NCBI GenBank assembly: GCA_036676495.1
Contig: JAKFCT010000001.1
Span: 13,526 to 77,525 of the forward strand
Length of the DNA: 64,000 bases
From: Candidatus Sericytochromatia bacterium
GTDB taxonomy: Bacteria > Cyanobacteriota > Sericytochromatia > S15B-MN24 > UBA4093
Direction of reading: 5' to 3'
Shown: piece after piece, positions 58,824-64,000 of the stretch
Layout of the letters: every line of letters starts with the position of its first letter
How positions within the stretch are numbered: position 1 is the first letter of the stretch
Notes under the pieces: model-generated
The model's input: the letters and a program-made list of their open reading frames with translations, nothing else
What the model was told of the DNA's origin: nothing
Database searches by the model: none
Program-made: the position numbers and the translations under genes

Positions 58824-58928
58824 GGACTTCACAAGCGTCTCGCTTCCTGGTTTGATGGAGGGAGGTCCGGCGAGCGCCCGCGGCTATCTCGCTAGCGACA
58901 CCGGTTTCAGCCATTACCAGGAGGCAAG

Positions 58929-59840
58929 ATGACGTTCACCCCCTTCATCGCGGTTCACGGCGGCGTGGGAGCCCCCAGGGCCTTCTCGGACGGTTGCGAG
59001 GCGGCGACCGCTCGGGGCATGGAGCTGCTCACTGACGGACAGGACGCCCTCGCAGCGGCGATCGCCGCCGCGGAAGTCCTCGAGGACGACGGCCGCTTCA
59101 ACGCGGGCTCCGGCTCGTCCCTGCGCATCGACGGCGTCACCCTCGAAACCGACGCCGCCGTCATGGACTCCACCGGCAAGCTTGGAGCGGTGGCCGCCCT
59201 GCAGGGCTTCAAGAACCCCGTCCGGGTCGCCGAGGCCGTCACCACCACCCCGCACCTCATGCTGGTCGGCGAGGGCGCCCGCGAGTTCGCCCTGAAGCGC
59301 GGCTTCGCCCCCCATCCCGGCCCCGGCCCCCTGGCCCATGAGCGCTACGCCGAGGTCATGAAGGCCATGCGCGAGCACGACTACTCGGATATCCCCGCCT
59401 TCTGGCGCACCTACGACCTCAAGGCGGACTGGAACTTCGAGCGCCCCTACGACGACGTCTTCGCCATGTGCGATACCATCGGCGCGGTCTCCATGGACGC
59501 CCAGGGCCGCTTCGCGGCCGCCGTCTCCACCGGCGGCTCGGCCCCCATGCTCAAGGGTCGCGTCGGGGACTCGCCACTGCCCGGCTGCGGCTACTACGCC
59601 GGCCCCGAAGGCGCCGTGGTCGCCACCGGCATCGGGGAGGCCATCATCATGAAGATGCTCTCCAAGACGGTCTACGACTGGATCGCCGCCGGCGCCCACC
59701 CCCAGGAAGCCTGCGAACGGGGGATCGCGCTCTTCCCCGACGAGATCCCCGTCGGCCTGATCGCCGTCTCCCGCGAAGGCACGGGCACCCACAACAACCG
59801 CGAGATGCCGACGCACCAGCTCTCGCTCGCGGCACGGTAA
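58929..59840 (+). CDS. Isoaspartyl peptidase / L-asparaginase (Ntn hydrolase)
   Basis: 303-aa ORF. IAVHGGVGAP N-terminus and the autoprocessing/nucleophile site DTIGAVSMD. Confidence 0.85.
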   Translation: MTFTPFIAVHGGVGAPRAFSDGCEAATARGMELLTDGQDALAAAIAAAEVLEDDGRFNAGSGSSLRIDGVTLETDAAVMDSTGKLGAVAALQGFKNPVRVAEAVTTTPHLMLVGEGAREFALKRGFAPHPGPGPLAHERYAEVMKAMREHDYSDIPAFWRTYDLKADWNFERPYDDVFAMCDTIGAVSMDAQGRFAAAVSTGGSAPMLKGRVGDSPLPGCGYYAGPEGAVVATGIGEAIIMKMLSKTVYDWIAAGAHPQEACERGIALFPDEIPVGLIAVSREGTGTHNNREMPTHQLSLAAR

Positions 59841-59841
59841 C

Positions 59842-60789
59842 ATGCCCCAGTCCGAACGCCCCGTCTGGCCTCCGGTCGCCGTCGTCGGCGCCGGGGCCAT
59901 CGGGGCGTTCCTGGCTGCCCGCTTCAGCACCCTCACCGACGTCCTGGTGGTCACCCGCCCCCAGTGGGTGCAGCAGCTCAGCGAATCCGGCCTCGAGCTG
60001 AGGGGCTTCACGCCCGGCCACTTCATGCCCCGGGTGGGGACCTGGTCTCCCGACCTCGAGCTGCCTCCCTCGGGCTACGTCTTCGTGACCGTCAAGGCCT
60101 ACCACCTCAAGGAAGTCCTGACGCTCCTGAAAGCCTACCTCACCCCCGACCACCGGATCGTCCTCTGCCAAAACGGCCTGGGCATCGAAGCGCTGGCCCG
60201 CGAAGTCCTTCCCGACCACGCCCTGATCCGGGCCGCCTGCTGGCTGGGCGTGACCCGCGAAGGCCCCACCCGGGCCCGCGTCACCGGCGTCGGCCACATC
60301 GACCTCGCCGCCGCGGATCCCGCCCGCGCGGAGCTGGGGCCCCTGAAGGGCCTGATCGAAGCCGCCTCCATCCCCGCCCGTCTCGGAAGCAGCATCGCCG
60401 AGACCGAGTGGCGCAAGACCCTCTCCAACATCGGGATCAACCTGATCGGCGCCCTGATGGAGGCCCCCAACGGCGTCATCCTCGAACATGCCGAGCTCAC
60501 CAAGGTCTCGCGCATGGTCCTCGAAGAGGCTCGTCAGGTCGCCGCCGCCGAGGGAGTGACCCTCACGGAGGACGACCTCGAGGCCGTCACCTCGCTCATC
60601 GCCACCACCCGCCACAACATCAACTCCACCCTCCAGGACATCCGCCGCGGCAACCGCACCGAGGCCCGCTACCTCAACGGAGCGGTCATCCGTCTCGGAC
60701 AGGAGCATGGCATCCCCACGCCGGTCAACGAGACCATCTACCTGCTCCTGCGCGCCGCAGAGAAGATCCGCATCACCCACGGAACCTGA
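59842..60789 (+). CDS. panE: 2-dehydropantoate 2-reductase
   Basis: 315-aa ORF. VAVVGAGAIGAFLAARF Rossmann motif and STLQDIRRGNRTEARYLNG. Confidence 0.8.
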   Translation: MPQSERPVWPPVAVVGAGAIGAFLAARFSTLTDVLVVTRPQWVQQLSESGLELRGFTPGHFMPRVGTWSPDLELPPSGYVFVTVKAYHLKEVLTLLKAYLTPDHRIVLCQNGLGIEALAREVLPDHALIRAACWLGVTREGPTRARVTGVGHIDLAAADPARAELGPLKGLIEAASIPARLGSSIAETEWRKTLSNIGINLIGALMEAPNGVILEHAELTKVSRMVLEEARQVAAAEGVTLTEDDLEAVTSLIATTRHNINSTLQDIRRGNRTEARYLNGAVIRLGQEHGIPTPVNETIYLLLRAAEKIRITHGT

Positions 60790-60882
60790 TCCTCCGGCAG
60801 CCCCGACTCCCGAACGCTCGCTCCCTTCTCAGGCCAAGGCCCGCATGGTAGGGTGAAAAGGAAGCGACTGCGAGGAGGAGCC

Positions 60883-61386
60883 ATGCGGATCGGAATTCTG
60901 ACGCTCAGCGACACCCGGGCCTCGGCAAGCGACGAGAGCGGGGAGCTCGTCGCGCGGCTCCTCGCTCCCCTGGGAGCCGAGCGCGTGCGCTACGCCATCC
61001 TCGCCGACGAGGCCGACGCCATCTCCGAGACGCTGGAGCGCTGGGTCGACGAGGATGACCTCGCCCTGATCGTGACCACGGGCGGAACGGGGATCGGCCC
61101 CCGGGACGTGACCCCGGAAGCCACCCGGCGCGTGATCCGCTACGAGATCCCCGGCATGGCCGAGGGGATGCGCGCGGCGGGGATGACCAAGACCCCGCTG
61201 GCCATGCTCAGCCGCGGCCTGGTGGGCGTGCGCAGGCAAACCCTGATCGTCAACTTGCCCGGCAGCCCGAAAGGCGTGCGCGAAAGCCTCGACGCCCTCC
61301 TTCCCGTGCTGCCGCATGCCCTGGACTTGCTGCGCGGCCGAACCGGCCAGCACGAGCAGCCCCGCGATGCCGCCCGGAGAGGATGA
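60883..61386 (+). CDS. moaB: Molybdenum cofactor biosynthesis protein MoaB/MogA family
   Basis: ATG 60883 follows [27 protein letters not shown] and NLPGSPKG motifs. Confidence 0.8.
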   Translation: MRIGILTLSDTRASASDESGELVARLLAPLGAERVRYAILADEADAISETLERWVDEDDLALIVTTGGTGIGPRDVTPEATRRVIRYEIPGMAEGMRAAGMTKTPLAMLSRGLVGVRRQTLIVNLPGSPKGVRESLDALLPVLPHALDLLRGRTGQHEQPRDAARRG

Positions 61387-61390
61387 GCCC

Positions 61391-61867
61391 ATGAACCCTT
61401 TGACGCATTTCGACGCCTCCGGAACCCCGCGCATGGTGGACGTCAGCGGCAAAGCCGTGACCGCCCGGGAGGCGATCGCCGCCGGTACCGTCCTCATGAG
61501 CCCCGAGACCCTGGAAACCATTCGTCAGGGCCGAAACGCCAAAGGTGACGTTCTGGCGGTGGCCCAGGTGGCCGCGATCATGGGCACCAAGAAGACCGCT
61601 GATCTCATCCCCATGTGCCATCCGCTGGGGATCGACGGCGTCGAAGTCCAGCTTGAGCTGGCCGAGGACCCGCCCCGGGTGGATATCCAGGTGACGGTCC
61701 GGGTGGAAGGGCGTACCGGGGTGGAAATGGAAGCGCTCACGGGCGTCACCGCCGCCGCGCTGACCATCTACGACATGTGCAAGGCCGCCGACCGGGGCAT
61801 GACCCTTTCGGAGATTCGGCTGCTTTCCAAGACCGGCGGCAAGAGCGGCACCTGGACGCGGGACTAG
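61391..61867 (+). CDS. moaC: Cyclic pyranopterin monophosphate synthase accessory protein MoaC
   Basis: Internal ATG 61391 of ORF 61316..61867. MVDVSGK, GDVLAVAQVAAIMGTKKTADLIPMCHP and IYDMCKA motifs. Confidence 0.9.
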   Translation: MNPLTHFDASGTPRMVDVSGKAVTAREAIAAGTVLMSPETLETIRQGRNAKGDVLAVAQVAAIMGTKKTADLIPMCHPLGIDGVEVQLELAEDPPRVDIQVTVRVEGRTGVEMEALTGVTAAALTIYDMCKAADRGMTLSEIRLLSKTGGKSGTWTRD

Positions 61868-62913
61868 TCCTGCGCTTCGAGCGGGTAGATGGCCGAGCGG
61901 GGAATCCGTAGCTCGATGCTCATGCCCGCGGCCAGCTCGCGCGGCGCTCCGTCCCTGAACGCGAGGCTCGCCTCGAGAGTTCCCGCTCCCGCCACTTCCG
62001 CCCGGACCCAGTGGCCTTGAACCGTCGGGCGAAAGTCCCGGACGATCGCCTCCACCCGGTTGTTTCCCTCGTCCTCGGGCGCGGCCCAGCAGACCCTCTC
62101 GGCGGCGATGCCCCAGGAGGCGTAGGTCGCGCCGGGCGTCACCTCGAGCTCCCAGGGGCCCCATTTCACACGATCCGCGGCGAGCTGCCGCGAGGTGAAG
62201 CGGTTGCGCAGGCCCAGCAACTCGGCCGCCCGGCTCGTACCCGGGCGCTCGAAGAGGGCGCGGGAGGCTCCCCGAGCAATCACGCGCCCCTGATCCATGA
62301 GCAATAGCGAATCGGCCACGCGGCAGGCCTCGTCGCGATCATGCGTCACCCAGAGCACCGGGATGCCCAGCTCTTGGAGCATCGGCAAGAAGAAGTCCAC
62401 GAGCCGATCGCGAAGCGGAGCGTCGAGCGCCGAGAACGGCTCGTCCATCAAGAGCAGGGACGGATCGGCCGCCAGGGCTCTCGCGAGGGCCACGCGCTGC
62501 TGCTGCCCCGCGGAGAGCTGACTAGGCATGCGCTCGGCGAGGTCCCCCAGCTCGAAGCGCATGAGCAACTCGGAAACCCGACCGGCATCCGCCCCCGCGT
62601 AAGCGACGTTGGCGCGCACGGTCATCCGAGGGAAAAGCGCAAAGTCGTTGAAGACAAGCCCCACCTTCCGGAGCTGCGGCGCGCGATGAATCCGCCCTTC
62701 CGCCTCGAACCAGGTCTCCGGGCCGAAGCGGATCAGGCCCTGATCCGGCCGTTCCAGGCCCGCCAGACAGCGCAGCAAGGTCGTCTTCCCCGACCCCGAC
62801 GGCCCCAGGAGAACCGTGCAGCCGGATTCCAGGCGAAGATCGACGTCGAGCGCAAAGCCCGCCGTGCCATCGCGAGGCCCGAGCCGCTTGCAAAACGCGG
62901 CCGTCAACGCCAT
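61864..62913 (-). CDS. modC: Molybdate ABC transporter ATP-binding protein with C-terminal TOBE/Mop domain
   Basis: Internal ATG 62913. Walker A GPSGSGKTT, signature LSAGQQQRVALARAL and Walker B LLLMDEPF. The 179-codon upstream extension in the track was rejected. Confidence 0.85.
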   Translation of the reverse strand: MALTAAFCKRLGPRDGTAGFALDVDLRLESGCTVLLGPSGSGKTTLLRCLAGLERPDQGLIRFGPETWFEAEGRIHRAPQLRKVGLVFNDFALFPRMTVRANVAYAGADAGRVSELLMRFELGDLAERMPSQLSAGQQQRVALARALAADPSLLLMDEPFSALDAPLRDRLVDFFLPMLQELGIPVLWVTHDRDEACRVADSLLLMDQGRVIARGASRALFERPGTSRAAELLGLRNRFTSRQLAADRVKWGPWELEVTPGATYASWGIAAERVCWAAPEDEGNNRVEAIVRDFRPTVQGHWVRAEVAGAGTLEASLAFRDGAPRELAAGMSIELRIPRSAIYPLEAQD

Positions 62914-63566
62914 CGGAGGCTCCGGGAGTCGAAGACGTAGAGCAAGGCGAGCACGGCGTAAGAGCAGCAAAGGAGGAGGAGCGCCAGCCTGCCGGCCTCG
63001 CCGTAGTCGAGCGCCTCGACCAGGTCGTAGATGGCGATGCTCACCGTCCGGGTCTCGCCGGGGATGCTGCCCCCGAGCATCAGGACGATGCCGAACTCCC
63101 CGAGCGTATGCGCGAAGGTGAGGATGATCGCCGCGATGAGGCCGGGCCGGCAGGTGGGAAGCAGCACCCGGAAGAACGTCGCGAGGCGCGAGGCGCCAAG
63201 CGTCCACGAGGCCTCCAGGAGGCGGGGATTGATGCCCCTGAAAGAGGCCTGCAACGGCTGCACCGCGAAAGGCAGGCTGTAGACCAAAGAGCCCATCACC
63301 AGCGCCGGGAAGCTGAACAAGAGCCGCTCCCGAAACAACCCCTCCCAAGCTCCTCCGAGCAGCGACTCCGGCCCCAGCCCTTGAAGGAGGTAGAAGCCGA
63401 GCACGGTCGGCGGCAAGACCAGGGGCAGGGCCACGATGGCCTCCACCCACGGCCGGAAGCGACCGCGCGTGAACGAGAGCCAGTAAGCCAAGGGAAGCGC
63501 CAGCGGGATCAGGAGAGCCGTAGTGACGGCCGAGAGCTTGAGGGAGAGCCAGAGCGGATCGGTCAC
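62904..63566 (-). CDS. modB: Molybdate ABC transporter permease
   Basis: 220-aa ORF with the EAA-loop region EASWTLGASRLATFFRVLLP. Confidence 0.85.
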   Translation of the reverse strand: MTDPLWLSLKLSAVTTALLIPLALPLAYWLSFTRGRFRPWVEAIVALPLVLPPTVLGFYLLQGLGPESLLGGAWEGLFRERLLFSFPALVMGSLVYSLPFAVQPLQASFRGINPRLLEASWTLGASRLATFFRVLLPTCRPGLIAAIILTFAHTLGEFGIVLMLGGSIPGETRTVSIAIYDLVEALDYGEAGRLALLLLCCSYAVLALLYVFDSRSLRWR

Positions 63567-64000
63567 CGGGGAGGCTCCATGCCGAACCGGCGCAGGATGG
63601 CCTGGCCCTCCGGGCCGGTGCAGAAATCCAGGAAGGCCTTCGCCTCGGACTTTTCCCGGGCTTGATTCAAGACCAGGGCCTCGGCGAACAACGGCGGATG
63701 CAACTTCTCCGGAACCAGCCAGAAGCGCCCCTCATCGCTGAGGCGCGGGGAACGCGCGAGGCTGAGCGGCAACAGGCCGACTTCGGCCCCTCCCGTCGAG
63801 ACGAAATGCGCGGCCTGGGAGGCATTCTCGCCGTAGACGAGCTTGGAAGTCACGGCATCACCGGCTTTGGAGGTTTCGAGCGCCGCCTGTGCGGCCTGAC
63901 CGTAAGGCGCGAGCTTCGGGTTGGCGATCGCCACCTTCCGAACCCGCGGCTCCGAGAGCACGTCGAGCCCCCGCGTCGGATCGACGGGCGATCGCCGAGG
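63563..64000 (-). CDS. modA: Molybdate-binding periplasmic protein, partial (N-terminus beyond the right edge)
   Basis: The reading frame is open to the window end. KVAIANPKLAPYGQAAQAAL and VSTGGAEVGLLPLSLA match ModA. Stop overlaps the modB start by 4 nt. Confidence 0.75.
   Translation of the reverse strand, partial: PRRSPVDPTRGLDVLSEPRVRKVAIANPKLAPYGQAAQAALETSKAGDAVTSKLVYGENASQAAHFVSTGGAEVGLLPLSLARSPRLSDEGRFWLVPEKLHPPLFAEALVLNQAREKSEAKAFLDFCTGPEGQAILRRFGMEPPR

Noticed and set aside
60790-60882. Moco riboswitch upstream of moaB.
   Set aside because: The leader is only about 90 nt, and I could not see the conserved Moco-motif stems. It is too short for that RNA class, although an Rfam scan would be decisive.
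61864-63450. 528-aa ORF suggesting a much longer ModC.
   Set aside because: The first 179 codons overlap modB in another frame and are Arg/Pro/Gly junk. An internal ATG at 62913 gives a normal-length ModC starting just before the Walker A motif.

Overview
GC-rich bacterial chromosomal segment (codon third positions are mostly G/C). It is densely coding on both strands, with AGGAGG-type ribosome-binding sites and many lipoprotein signal peptides (lipobox Cys). I support about 70 CDS, one tRNA-Val, and several hairpin terminators and promoter-like elements.

Recognisable housekeeping blocks:
- GT4 and GT20 glycosyltransferases
- RNA 2',3'-cyclic phosphodiesterase ThpR
- a four-gene 2-oxoacid (pyruvate-type) dehydrogenase operon
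- glycolate oxidase glcDEF
- Rieske protein plus a fused cytochrome b/c
- queG, a GAF-GGDEF cyclase, a UbiB/ABC1 kinase
- peptidases of families M20, M24, M28 and S8
- an acyl-CoA carboxyltransferase, panE, moaB/moaC and modABC

I found no CRISPR array, transposase, integrase, phage gene or rRNA.

The best candidate for something undescribed is a visibly more A/T-rich minus-strand operon at 45.2-49.2 kb. It couples a B12-type radical SAM enzyme with a CX4CX2C cluster motif to a cytoplasmic YD-repeat protein, a Trp-repeat/EF-hand protein and a 92-aa helical protein. A divergent EF-hand repeat protein lies upstream and two lipoprotein peptidase-like genes lie downstream.

Other observations worth a look:
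- a 59-bp tandem triplication that copies the 3' end and stop codon of lpd
- a smaller stop-codon duplication at the fabG-like gene
- two micro-ORFs ahead of glcD that are missing from the ORF track
- a translationally coupled PRC-barrel / HMA-like / P-loop kinase trio converging on and overlapping thpR
- a GT20 locus with an unknown protein where a HAD phosphatase would be expected
- a recurrent TAGAAT -10 element

Many very long ORFs in the track are antisense shadow ORFs typical of high-GC DNA, and I rejected them. Coordinates of non-ORF features were counted by hand and may be off by 1-2 nt. CDS starts were derived from ORF-track frames.
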